From a virus, in the IMG/VR virus record IMGVR_UViG_3300050821_010487, positions 1-64,000 of that record: a stretch of DNA of 64,000 bases; one strand, 5' to 3'. Positions 1 through 8,293 of this stretch are shown in pieces. The notes under the pieces were generated by a model. It ran no database searches. It saw nothing but the letters and a program-made list of their open reading frames with translations, and was not told the origin of the DNA. The position numbers were made by a program, and so were the translations under genes. Each line of letters opens with the position of its first letter. Positions within the stretch are counted from its first letter, which is position 1.

Positions 1-1739
1 TCCTTGAAGCCGCCGGCCGTCATGATGCCATCAAAGTCGGCGGTGTCCACTTCCACCAGGCGCGTCCCGCCGCTGCCGACGGGCACCGGGCGGTTCAGCA
101 GCCGGCCGGCCCGGCTCCACCGCTCGGCGTAGTCGTCGCCCAGCGCGGTCGCGGTCAGCCGGTCGAGCGGCGGCCGGACGGTCGCGGTGTCCATCGCGAC
201 GCGGTAGATCGGGCATGTAGGCACGCATCCGCTGTCGCAGAGCGTCTCGTCGGTCTCGCTGCCCGGCTTCTTCGGGTGGTCGAGGAAGAAGAACTTGGTG
301 GCCAGCGAACTCTGCTTGCTCATGGTGATGGTGCCCGCACCCTGGATGCCGGCCAGCGCCGCGGAGCGCTTCTGCGCTTCCCGGTTGTCGGGGTTGACGT
401 AGCGGGCTTCGGCTTCGGTGGCGGTGCCGAGCATGATCCTCTGCTTGCAGTTGGCCTTCATGTCGCCCGAGCCGGCCATGGAGTTGGTGCCCCGCTGGGA
501 CGCCCACACCGAGGTGCATGCCAGCGCGCGGCCCTTCTGGGTGATGTCCTCGCCCATCCTGATGAACTCGGTGTTGGTGGTGGCGTCGTCGCCAACCTCC
601 TTGCGGGTGCCCCGCATCTGGCCGAACAGGTCGGCCATCTCGTCGGTGATCAGGATGATCTGCGGCATCGAGGCCGACGGGGTGATCTTGGAGCCGTGGG
701 CGGAGTTCATCCGGGCGTCCACTGCCTTGACGAAGCAGTGCATCATCAGGGCGGCCTCGCCCCTGGTGGTCGCGACCCAGTCGATCGCGGGCACGCTGGT
801 CTTACCGTCGGCGAAGGGGCGCAGCCAGGGCCTGGCGACCATGCCGCCCTTCATGTCGATGACCCAGATGACGGTGTCGGTCATGCCGCAGAGCTGCGCC
901 AGGATGACGTTGATCAGGTTGCTCTTCCCGGCGTCGGTCAGGCCGATGATCATTGTGTGCAGGCCCTTGAGGGTGATCATCGCGACCGAGCCGTCCTCCT
1001 GGATGCCGATGGCGAACATCTTGTTGATGGTGTGCGCGCGGTGCTCGGGCTGGAACGGGATGGTCTGGCCCAGGAAGTCCTTCTCCCGCAGCCGCATGGT
1101 GACTTCGGCCGAGTGAGCGCCCTCGGCGAACTCGATCTTGCCGCCTTTCAGGTGCAGGATGACCTCGATCCGCTTGGCGGCCTGGCTGAGGTCATCGATG
1201 GTGACCTTGCCCGAGCGGGGGAGCTGCAACTGAACGATCCGGCCGCCCAGCTCGCGGTCCAGGCCGGTCACCTGGACGCCCTCGAATCCCAGCGCCGTGA
1301 ACATGTGCTCGAACTTCTCCACCTGCTCGGCCAGCTCGGCGTCGGGGCCCGGCTTGGCCGCTGCGGCCTTCTTCTCCTCTTCCGGCATGTCCCGCGCGTG
1401 CGCCGCGGTGAGCGCCATGAGGGGGATGAAGGTGGTCACGCTGGCCATCCAGGCGAGGAGCACCACCGGGTGCCACAGCCGGGCGGCCTGTGCCCACGCG
1501 GCCCAGCCGGCCATGGTGGCCCCCATCGCCAGGGCGGAGACGGAGAACCGGGCGCTGCCGGTCAGGCACCAGATGACAAAGGCGGTGATGGCCCCGCCGG
1601 CGGCGCAGACCGAGGGGATCACCCAGGCGTGGATGTGGGTGTGGGGCAGCACCGCGACCGCGGCGAGAGCACCGACCTCCAGGAGCAGCACCGTCTCGGT
1701 GGCGTGTTCCCAGATCTTGCTGCCCGGCGCGCTCCTCAC
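1..1739 (-). CDS. traB: TraB-like FtsK/SpoIIIE DNA translocase (runs off the window edge, so absent from the ORF track)
   Basis: Manual - strand translation from GTG at 1739 (RBS AGGAGGA at 1744-1750): hydrophobic N-terminal segments, Walker A IIGLTDAGKSNLIN, IDMKGG, Walker B IILITDEMA. This is the layout of actinomycete plasmid/AICE TraB. Confidence 0.85.
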   Translation of the reverse strand, partial: MRSAPGSKIWEHATETVLLLEVGALAAVAVLPHTHIHAWVIPSVCAAGGAITAFVIWCLTGSARFSVSALAMGATMAGWAAWAQAARLWHPVVLLAWMASVTTFIPLMALTAAHARDMPEEEKKAAAAKPGPDAELAEQVEKFEHMFTALGFEGVQVTGLDRELGGRIVQLQLPRSGKVTIDDLSQAAKRIEVILHLKGGKIEFAEGAHSAEVTMRLREKDFLGQTIPFQPEHRAHTINKMFAIGIQEDGSVAMITLKGLHTMIIGLTDAGKSNLINVILAQLCGMTDTVIWVIDMKGGMVARPWLRPFADGKTSVPAIDWVATTRGEAALMMHCFVKAVDARMNSAHGSKITPSASMPQIILITDEMADLFGQMRGTRKEVGDDATTNTEFIRMGEDITQKGRALACTSVWASQRGTNSMAGSGDMKANCKQRIMLGTATEAEARYVNPDNREAQKRSAALAGIQGAGTITMSKQSSLATKFFFLDHPKKPGSETDETLCDSGCVPTCPIYRVAMDTATVRPPLDRLTATALGDDYAERWSRAGRLLNRPVPVGSGGTRLVEVDTADFDGIMTAGGFK

Positions 1740-1764
1740 GGTGTCCTCCTGACTATCGCGGGCC

Positions 1765-1974
1765 GTCACAGTTGCATGGCACAACACTGAAGTTAGCAGG
1801 TTCCTTACCAACGGACGAGGGCCAGGTGTGACGCGGGAACACGAAATGCCGGTTTTGCGCTGTGACCTGTACTGTGACTGTGACGATTCGTTAGCTGGAA
1901 AGGCGTCAGGGCTTAGTCACACTGCAATCGGTCACACTTGCGAATAATCGCAGGTCAGCGCGCTGCAGTGTGAC
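1765..1974. repeat. Cluster of 8 TGTGAC/GTCACA hexamers in the divergent traB-spd intergenic region
   Basis: Copies at 1765, 1827, 1861, 1873, 1879, 1916, 1931 and 1969. Confidence 0.7.
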
Positions 1975-2023
1975 CCCGGGCCTGCCGGAGGGGCCAAAAT
2001 GGGCCATCCTGGAGGTGTGATCG

Positions 2024-2052
2024 TGGACGATTACAGGGTTTCTTGATAACGT
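2024..2052 (+). promoter_or_regulatory. Promoter with 19-bp box in the spacer
   Basis: TGGACG-N17-TAACGT; box TTACAGGGTTTCTTGATAA at 2031-2049. Confidence 0.65.
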
Positions 2053-2097
2053 GAGAACCCTGCCGAAGCTCTGCGAACCGCCCCAAAGGAGGCGAAG

Positions 2098-3192
2098 ATG
2101 ACGGCCACCGATACCGCTGAGAAGCCGTCTGGCTGGGACCGTGCCACTGCCGTGGCCAGCTCTCCCGCCACCCAGCGCGTCACCCGTGCCATCGGCCTCG
2201 CTGTGCCAGTCCTGCTGGTCAACACCGTGGCATTCTTTGGCCAGTTCGGGTACCTCAAGGACCACCTGCCGTGGCCCGTGGCCGGCGTGGCCATGGCCGC
2301 GGTGGCACTGGAGTCCATCGCTATCTACCTGCAGTGGCACGCTCACCTGGCCCAGATGGCCAACGACAGCGCGCTGCGCCTGCGCCTGGCCAGCTACGCC
2401 CTGGCGCTGGTGATCGGCGCGATGAACTACTCCCACTACGCCGGGCCGCACTGGGCGCCGACGGTCCCGGCCGTGATGCTCGGCCTGATGTCGGCGATCT
2501 CCCCGTGGCTGTGGGGCATCCACTCCCGGCGCGTCTCCCGTGACGAGCTGATGCGCCGTGGCCTGGTCGAGGAGCACGCGCTCCGGCTCGGTGCCACCCG
2601 CTGGATGTGGCACGCGCTGCGCTCGTTCCGGGTGATGCACCGTGCCACCTGGACCGGCGAGACCGACCCGGCACGTGCCATCGAGCCGTTCGCGGGCCAG
2701 TACGAGCGGCCCGTGCCACCGCGCCGGAACAACGGCACGCCGGAACAGCCCGAGCTGGCACAGCGTGCCAGCGTGCCAGCGGCCGATCGTGCCATCGCTC
2801 CCTGGCACAGCGAGCCGGAACGCATCGCCCTCGGTGTCGCGCCGGCCGCGCCAGCGGTCCACGCGGCCAGAGCCACCCTGACTGCCTCCCCCAGGCTGCC
2901 GAAGGGCGTTCCTGAGGAGAGGGTCACCGAGGTCGAATTGAAGCTGGCCGGAATGACGCTGGACCAGCTCCATGGCACGTCAGCCCGGGAAGTTTCCCGG
3001 ATGCTCGACCCCGATAGGCCGAACAACCAGCGTCGGCTGGGTGCAAACCTTCTCACCGCTGCTATTGGCGCCAAGACCCAGGAGCCGTCCAATCCGCCGT
3101 CGTCCGTGAATGGCGTGCAACGTGCAGCGCAAGTTTCATCACTAATCCCGATCCCCGTCGGGCACAAGCCCGGAGGTGTTGCCAGTGGCTGA
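2098..3192 (+). CDS. SpdB2/DUF2637-like multi-pass membrane protein with possible C-terminal HTH
   Basis: RBS AAGGAGG; about 4 hydrophobic helices, a Pro/Ala-rich linker and an HTH-like SAREVSRML segment; divergent from traB. Confidence 0.65.
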   Translation: MTATDTAEKPSGWDRATAVASSPATQRVTRAIGLAVPVLLVNTVAFFGQFGYLKDHLPWPVAGVAMAAVALESIAIYLQWHAHLAQMANDSALRLRLASYALALVIGAMNYSHYAGPHWAPTVPAVMLGLMSAISPWLWGIHSRRVSRDELMRRGLVEEHALRLGATRWMWHALRSFRVMHRATWTGETDPARAIEPFAGQYERPVPPRRNNGTPEQPELAQRASVPAADRAIAPWHSEPERIALGVAPAAPAVHAARATLTASPRLPKGVPEERVTEVELKLAGMTLDQLHGTSAREVSRMLDPDRPNNQRRLGANLLTAAIGAKTQEPSNPPSSVNGVQRAAQVSSLIPIPVGHKPGGVASG

Positions 3193-4918
3193 TACCGAAA
3201 CCGTCGCGGCGCCCGAGAGGTCCCGGGCGTCCAGGCCCCGGCGTGCGGGAATCGGGGTGCTGCTCCTGGTCGTGGCCGGGGCCGCGGTCGCCCAGGTCGC
3301 CGGCGCCGGGATCTTCATCGTGATCCTGATCGGGCTGGGGGTGATCGCCGGGCTGTGGGTCCTCTCCCGCGTCCTCCCGGCGCTCGCCTCCATGGCTGGC
3401 CACTGGCGGAGCCTCCGGGGCTCACGCAGCCCGCGTTCCTCCAGGCAGGGCCTGAAACGCCCCCCGGGCGGCCCCAGGCGGCGTAAGCCGTTCGGCCGCG
3501 GTGGCGGCAGCCCTCTCGGCCGCAAGAGCGGAGGGGGCCGCAAGGGGCTCGGGCTCGGCCGTGGCGGCTCCGGCCGGAAGGGCTCGGGCCTGAGCCGGAA
3601 GGGGAAGTCCTCCAGGCCGGCCGGTGGCCAGCGCTCCGGTCTCCTGGGCCGCAAGGGTGGCCCCAAAGGTTCCGCCCGGACTGGTACCGGCAAGAGTTCC
3701 CGCCGGCACAAGGGCCCTGGTGCCAAGCCACCGTCGGGCCGCAAGGGAATCCTCGGCCGTGGCCGTGCCGGTGGCACGGGACGCAAGCGTGGCACGGGCG
3801 GTGCCGGTGGCACAGGTCGCAGGCGTGGCATTCTGGGCCGGCACCGCAGCGGCCGGGGAGGCCGTGGCACGCCGCATGGGCCGGCACACCGCCGCCGTGG
3901 TACTGGCACGGCACGCAGGCGCCGGTTCCTCCGGTTCCGCCGGCACGCCCCTGGCACACCCCCGCGCGGCGGGAACACCCGTGGGCGCCCCCAGGGGCAG
4001 CGCCGTGGCCGCCAGCAGCCTCAGGGCCAGCCACAGGCCAGGCGCCGGCGCTTCCGCATCTTCCGCCGCCGTCGCGGGCCACAGCCGCAGGGCCAGCAGC
4101 AGCCTCAGGGCCGCCCCCCGCCGCCGAGGAGCCGGGCCCGCCGCTGGCTGCGCCGGAACACCCCCCGGGCCCGTGCCCGGCGCCGTGCCGCCCGCCGGCG
4201 TCACCGCCTTGGGCTTCCGCCGAGGGCCCCGCTGCCGCCGCGGTGGCGCCCGAGCCTGCGCCGCACGATGCGCTGGCTCACTCCCCAGGGCCGCAGGGCC
4301 CGGAGGGCCAGGAGAGCGGTCCGGCTGCGTGTCCCGCCGAGGGCCCGGCTGGCGGCTTTCTTGCTAACATGGTGGCAGCGCATGCGCCCGGATGGATACA
4401 GCGGCGAGGACGCACAGCTCCCGCTTCCCCGCCCCGCCCGGTGGGTGCAGCCCCCGCGCCAGGACCCGCATGACGCGGAGATGCCGTCGGCGTCTCCGGC
4501 GCAGCCCGCCAGGACCCTGGTCCCGGCAGGCAACCTCAATGATCCACCCCAAGGAGACAGGATGACTGACGCAGCAACGACCACCCCGATCCAGAGCGCG
4601 ACCGAGGCCATGCGTGAGGTGCTCGGCGGCTACGACCCCCAGAATCTGATGTCGGCGCTCCAGGTCTTCCCCGACCTGGCCGAGCACTACGACGGGATGG
4701 CCGAGAACCTGACCGCCCTGGCGGCCCGGCTCGATGAGAGCCCGGTGCACGAGACTCTTCGGGAAAGCCTCCGCGAGCAGGCGGGGGTCTTCGGTGGCCT
4801 GGCCGACCAGGCCCGGGAGGCTCACGCCCAGGCGCAGAGCCTGCACGAGGACGACATCCGGCGCATCAACGAACCGCGTACCGGCGAGAACATGGCGGAC
4901 TTCGAGGCTCACCAGTAG
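3185..4918 (+). CDS. Membrane protein with Gly/Arg-rich low-complexity region and C-terminal helical domain (Spd/TraA-like)
   Basis: GGAGG 8 nt before GTG 3185; two TM segments, a long G/R/K-rich tract and an acidic helical C-terminus. Confidence 0.6.
   Translation: MADTETVAAPERSRASRPRRAGIGVLLLVVAGAAVAQVAGAGIFIVILIGLGVIAGLWVLSRVLPALASMAGHWRSLRGSRSPRSSRQGLKRPPGGPRRRKPFGRGGGSPLGRKSGGGRKGLGLGRGGSGRKGSGLSRKGKSSRPAGGQRSGLLGRKGGPKGSARTGTGKSSRRHKGPGAKPPSGRKGILGRGRAGGTGRKRGTGGAGGTGRRRGILGRHRSGRGGRGTPHGPAHRRRGTGTARRRRFLRFRRHAPGTPPRGGNTRGRPQGQRRGRQQPQGQPQARRRRFRIFRRRRGPQPQGQQQPQGRPPPPRSRARRWLRRNTPRARARRRAARRRHRLGLPPRAPLPPRWRPSLRRTMRWLTPQGRRARRARRAVRLRVPPRARLAAFLLTWWQRMRPDGYSGEDAQLPLPRPARWVQPPRQDPHDAEMPSASPAQPARTLVPAGNLNDPPQGDRMTDAATTTPIQSATEAMREVLGGYDPQNLMSALQVFPDLAEHYDGMAENLTALAARLDESPVHETLRESLREQAGVFGGLADQAREAHAQAQSLHEDDIRRINEPRTGENMADFEAHQ
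4562..4918 (+). CDS. In-frame internal gene, 118-aa acidic helical protein (MTDAATTTPIQ...)
   Basis: AAGGAG RBS at 4551-4556 before ATG 4562; abrupt composition change; partial box plus -10 TAACAT at 4354-4370 upstream. Confidence 0.6.
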   Translation: MTDAATTTPIQSATEAMREVLGGYDPQNLMSALQVFPDLAEHYDGMAENLTALAARLDESPVHETLRESLREQAGVFGGLADQAREAHAQAQSLHEDDIRRINEPRTGENMADFEAHQ

Positions 4919-4930
4919 GTAGCCTCCACC

Positions 4931-4983
4931 GCAGGAGGGCCTGACCGCGGAAGACCCGGCGCCGGTCAGGCCCTCCTGCTTTT
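4931..4983 (+). terminator. Intrinsic terminator
   Basis: 17-bp perfect stem GCAGGAGGGCCTGACCG / CGGTCAGGCCCTCCTGC followed by TTTT. Confidence 0.85.
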
Positions 4984-5061
4984 GGCCAAGATCAGGCCGG
5001 TGTTCCGGTGGCACGCTGGGCAGACTGTCCGAACCTGGCGTCAGGCTTCCCTCATGAAACC

Positions 5062-5091
5062 TTGTGTGATTACAGCTTTTCTTGCTAAGAT
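5062..5091 (+). promoter_or_regulatory. Promoter with 19-bp box; probably a leaderless mRNA
   Basis: TTGTGT-N18-TAAGAT; box at 5070-5088; ATG 6 nt after the -10 and no RBS. Confidence 0.75.
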
Positions 5092-5097
5092 GGTCCC

Positions 5098-5970
5098 ATG
5101 ACAAGGAGCCGGAACGCAGAAGAGCAGAACCTGATCGACACGCTGGCCGCGGGCGTCGCCCGGCTCGCCAGCACCGACGAGTGGCAGGCCTACCTGGACG
5201 TGCAGGCCAAGTTCCCCGCCTACAGCTTCGCGAACACGATGCTGATCTTCCGCCAGGCCCCCTGGGCCACGCGCGTGATGGCCGAGGGCGCAGCGGACGG
5301 CAAGAACGGCTGGAAGTCACTCGGCCGCACCCTCAAGCCCGGCGAGAAGCAGAACCCGATCGCGATCTGGGCCCCCTCGTTCCGCACCGTGAAGGCCGAG
5401 GACTCCCCCGACGGCGAGGACCACCGCTGGACCAACTTCCGCCCGGTGCCGGTGTACGACGTCAGCCAGACCGAGGGCGCGGACCTGCCCGAGCCGGTCA
5501 AGCTGCTCGGCGGCGAGGCCCCCGAGGGCGCGCTGGACCAGGCCGTCGCTTTCATCAGGTCACTGGGCTACACGGTCGGCTTCGTGGACGAGATCCCGGG
5601 CGGCGCCAACGGTCACGTCATCTGGGCGGACCGGCTGGTCGAGATCGCCACCTCCGGCCGCTCCACCCGGCAGCAGTTCAAGACCGCGCTGCACGAGGCG
5701 GGCCACATCCTGATGGGCCACGAGGAGCTGGAGCGCATGGACCGTGGCCGCAAGGAACTGGAGGCCGAGTCGGTCGCCTACGTTGCCGCCGCGAGCCTCG
5801 GCGTCGAGACCGATGACTACAGCTTCGGCTACGTCCTGCACTGGCAGGGCAGCGACCCGGCGAGGGCTGCCAGGGCCCTGAAGTCCAGCGGCAAGCGCAT
5901 CCAGCAGGCCGCCCAGAAGATCGTGGCCGGCTTCGAGGCCGTCCCCCAGGAGCAGCAGGAGGCAGCGTGA
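5098..5970 (+). CDS. ArdC-like protein (ArdC-N ssDNA-binding domain + zincin-like metallopeptidase)
   Basis: W..YL..QAKFPAYSFANTMLI..Q.P.ATRV, W...GR..KPGEK, F.PV.VYDVSQT.G; HEAGH and ELEAESVAY motifs. Confidence 0.85.
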   Translation: MTRSRNAEEQNLIDTLAAGVARLASTDEWQAYLDVQAKFPAYSFANTMLIFRQAPWATRVMAEGAADGKNGWKSLGRTLKPGEKQNPIAIWAPSFRTVKAEDSPDGEDHRWTNFRPVPVYDVSQTEGADLPEPVKLLGGEAPEGALDQAVAFIRSLGYTVGFVDEIPGGANGHVIWADRLVEIATSGRSTRQQFKTALHEAGHILMGHEELERMDRGRKELEAESVAYVAAASLGVETDDYSFGYVLHWQGSDPARAARALKSSGKRIQQAAQKIVAGFEAVPQEQQEAA

Positions 5971-6407
5971 ACCTCACGCTGGTGACCGCGCGGGACGAGC
6001 CCATCTCGATCCTGCGCGGCCTGGACCCCGCCGATGTCGAGGCTCTCGGCCGCGACGTCGTGTACCTGATCCACCTGGAGATCCCGTTCATCCTCGGCCG
6101 GTACGCCTTCCGGCACTACATCGGCACCGCGCACGCGGGCAAGTTCACGAACCGGATGGTCCAGCACCGCACCGGCCAGGGCTCGAAGTTCCTCCGGATG
6201 GCCATGCGTGCGCGCATCACCTGGCACATATCCCGGGTGTGGGCCGTTCCCGCGGGCCAGACCCTGAACGGTGAGGAACGCCGGATCAAGAACATGGGCG
6301 GGGCCAGCCGGTCGTGCCCGAGCTGCGGCATCGTTCCCCTGGCCGAGCGCCAGAAGTACCGGGGCACTGACGGCCGCTACGTCACGATCCCGAGGAGGAC
6401 AGCGTGA
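5967..6407 (+). CDS. GIY-YIG-like nuclease
   Basis: VYLIH...HYIG...R..QHR.G.GS...E..IK and a C-terminal CxxC. Confidence 0.65.
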   Translation: MNLTLVTARDEPISILRGLDPADVEALGRDVVYLIHLEIPFILGRYAFRHYIGTAHAGKFTNRMVQHRTGQGSKFLRMAMRARITWHISRVWAVPAGQTLNGEERRIKNMGGASRSCPSCGIVPLAERQKYRGTDGRYVTIPRRTA

Positions 6408-6670
6408 GCAGTTTGACGGTAAGAGGCCACACCGCCCGGCAGGACGGCCAGACGGTGGCCTTCCTGACCTACAGCGGCCGGGTGGTCACGGTCAAGGCGC
6501 CTGGCGGCAAGGTGGCCGGGCGCCTGCTCCGGCAGAACGACACCCAGCCCTACTCCTACGACGCCTGGACGGCGCTGCACGAGGGCGCAATGACCCCCAG
6601 CGACCGCCTGCTGGCCGAGGGCCAGCCCATCGAGGCCGCCGTCGAGCGCGTCCTCCAGGAGGTGGCGTGA
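6404..6670 (+). CDS. Hypothetical protein
   Basis: GTGA coupling and RBS GAGGAGG. Confidence 0.7.
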   Translation: MSSLTVRGHTARQDGQTVAFLTYSGRVVTVKAPGGKVAGRLLRQNDTQPYSYDAWTALHEGAMTPSDRLLAEGQPIEAAVERVLQEVA

Positions 6671-6951
6671 TGACCAGCCGTAAGCCGGTCAGGCCCCTGG
6701 AGGACATGCCGGACGGTGAGCGCGAGGAGTGGATCAGGAAGGCGCCGGTCCCCGTCCGGGACTACATCAAGCACCTGGAGGCCGAGCTGGCCGGCCAGGA
6801 CGAGGAGCTGGCGGACGTCCAGAAAGCCGAGGACTTCGGCCAGGCGATCATCAGCCTGTGGACGGTAACCGCCATGCGCCGTCACAAGGCGGGCGACCAG
6901 GCGGGCTCTGACCGGGCTTTCCGGGCCGCGCGGCTTCTCCGGGTTGACTGA
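6670..6951 (+). CDS. Hypothetical protein (MTSRKPV...)
   Basis: TGATG coupling with the upstream stop; RBS AGGAGG. Confidence 0.65.
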   Translation: MTSRKPVRPLEDMPDGEREEWIRKAPVPVRDYIKHLEAELAGQDEELADVQKAEDFGQAIISLWTVTAMRRHKAGDQAGSDRAFRAARLLRVD

Positions 6952-6973
6952 CTACAGCTTTTCTTGCTAACCT
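6944..6973 (+). promoter_or_regulatory. Promoter with 19-bp box
   Basis: TTGACT-N18-TAACCT; box CTACAGCTTTTCTTGCTAA at 6952-6970. Confidence 0.8.
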
Positions 6974-7013
6974 CGTGCCAAGCACGAACCACCCAGCGAA
7001 AGGGAGACCAAGA

Positions 7014-7811
7014 ATGACCGCCACCGCCGAGACCACGGGCACGACCGCCAAGCTGGCGCCGGTAGCCCCTGGCATCCTCGCACAGGCCCAGCCCGGCAAG
7101 TCCTGGACCGTTGCTTCGCTCGCCGGCCTGCTCGCAGGCCCGGCGCCGGAGCTGCCAGAGACCGCGCCGTTCCCTGAGCCTCCTGCGGCCGTTACCTTCA
7201 CCCCGGCCCTGCGGAAGTCGCTCAGCGCGCTGCCCAGCATCGTCGGCCAGGTGAACCCCACCGCCCGCCGGCTTCTGACGGCCGGCGAGCTGGCCCAGGT
7301 CACTGATGAGCGCAACGCGATCAACGCCGTGGCCGAGCCGCTGGCCAAGCGGGTCAAGGTCATCAGCGAGTACGTCCGGACCCACCAGGACCTCCAGGCC
7401 GAGGCGGCCCGGCAGGCCACCCCTACCGCGGTGGTCCGCGGCGGGCGTGTCATCACTCTGGCCACCGAGCGTGTCGCCGACGGCGCCGCGAAGGGCCACT
7501 ACCTGCTGGCGATGCCCGAGGCTCCGTACGAGACCCCCGTCGAGGGTTACGACGACGCCTGGCAGCAGCGCTACGTCAGCGGCCCGGTGAGCCAGTCCCT
7601 GGGCGCGCTCGAAGCGCTCCTGGCCGACGGCGCCATCGACCGCAAGGAGTACCTGGCGATGACCCGGGAGACCCGGGCCCTCGACCAGGGCAAGATCACA
7701 GCGTTCATCGCGAAGAACCCGGCCCGCGGGCTGGAGATCCTCGCGGCGATCACCAAGCGCGGCGCCCCCAGCGCTTCCCTGTACGCCCCGAAGAAGAAGT
7801 CTGAGGGGTAA
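7014..7811 (+). CDS. Hypothetical phage protein
   Basis: RBS AAGGGAG before ATG 7014; typical codon usage. Confidence 0.75.
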   Translation: MTATAETTGTTAKLAPVAPGILAQAQPGKSWTVASLAGLLAGPAPELPETAPFPEPPAAVTFTPALRKSLSALPSIVGQVNPTARRLLTAGELAQVTDERNAINAVAEPLAKRVKVISEYVRTHQDLQAEAARQATPTAVVRGGRVITLATERVADGAAKGHYLLAMPEAPYETPVEGYDDAWQQRYVSGPVSQSLGALEALLADGAIDRKEYLAMTRETRALDQGKITAFIAKNPARGLEILAAITKRGAPSASLYAPKKKSEG

Positions 7812-7885
7812 GCCAACGATCGCGGCGGGACCCCCGGATGACCCGGGGGTCCCGCCGCACGAACACGAAAGGCAAGGCGGAGGAC

Positions 7886-8293
7886 ATGGCACCCCCCAGG
7901 CAAGAGGTGGCCTACGTGGTCACGGACGCGATGATTTTGAGCCGCAACTGGAACCGGAAAGCGGCGCCGTTCTACAGCGTGCACCTGGTCGCGCAGGTGT
8001 TCTTCGCCATGTCCAGCTCGTGGCTGAGGCTCAAACTGAACTCCGAGCCCGGCCGCCCGAATACCTCGTTTGTCGGCGAGGACGGCAAGCGCATGGAGAT
8101 CCGCCGGCGCAACCCCAGCAAGTCCGACTCGGCCCGGGTGTTCACGCTGGCCGACGTTGAGAGGATGGCCCGGTCCCTGGCCGGCTTCGGCGACATCTCC
8201 CAGGCCCGGCTGGCGCAGATCCTGCGCCTGGTCGAGGCCGAAGCCACCCTGTACGGGCTGTTCGATGAAGCGCCCGAGGAGGCCGCTTCCTGA
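7886..8293 (+). CDS. MerR-like HTH DNA-binding protein
   Basis: YSVHLVAQVFFAMSSSWLR HTH and RVFTLADVERMA wing motif; RBS GGAGG. Confidence 0.65.
   Translation: MAPPRQEVAYVVTDAMILSRNWNRKAAPFYSVHLVAQVFFAMSSSWLRLKLNSEPGRPNTSFVGEDGKRMEIRRRNPSKSDSARVFTLADVERMARSLAGFGDISQARLAQILRLVEAEATLYGLFDEAPEEAAS

Noticed and set aside
276-1790. 504-aa + strand ORF and other long ORFs antisense to real genes (e.g. 10804-12129, 35569-37581, 43081-45276, 52279-53433)
   Set aside because: These are shadow ORFs typical of high-GC DNA. The opposite strand carries recognisable motifs, RBSs and normal codon bias.
3420-4350. Gly/Arg-rich tract as a frameshifted or non-coding repeat
   Set aside because: The frame is open from the TM segment to the C-terminal domain, and such basic low-complexity tracts are plausible in actinomycete transfer proteins.
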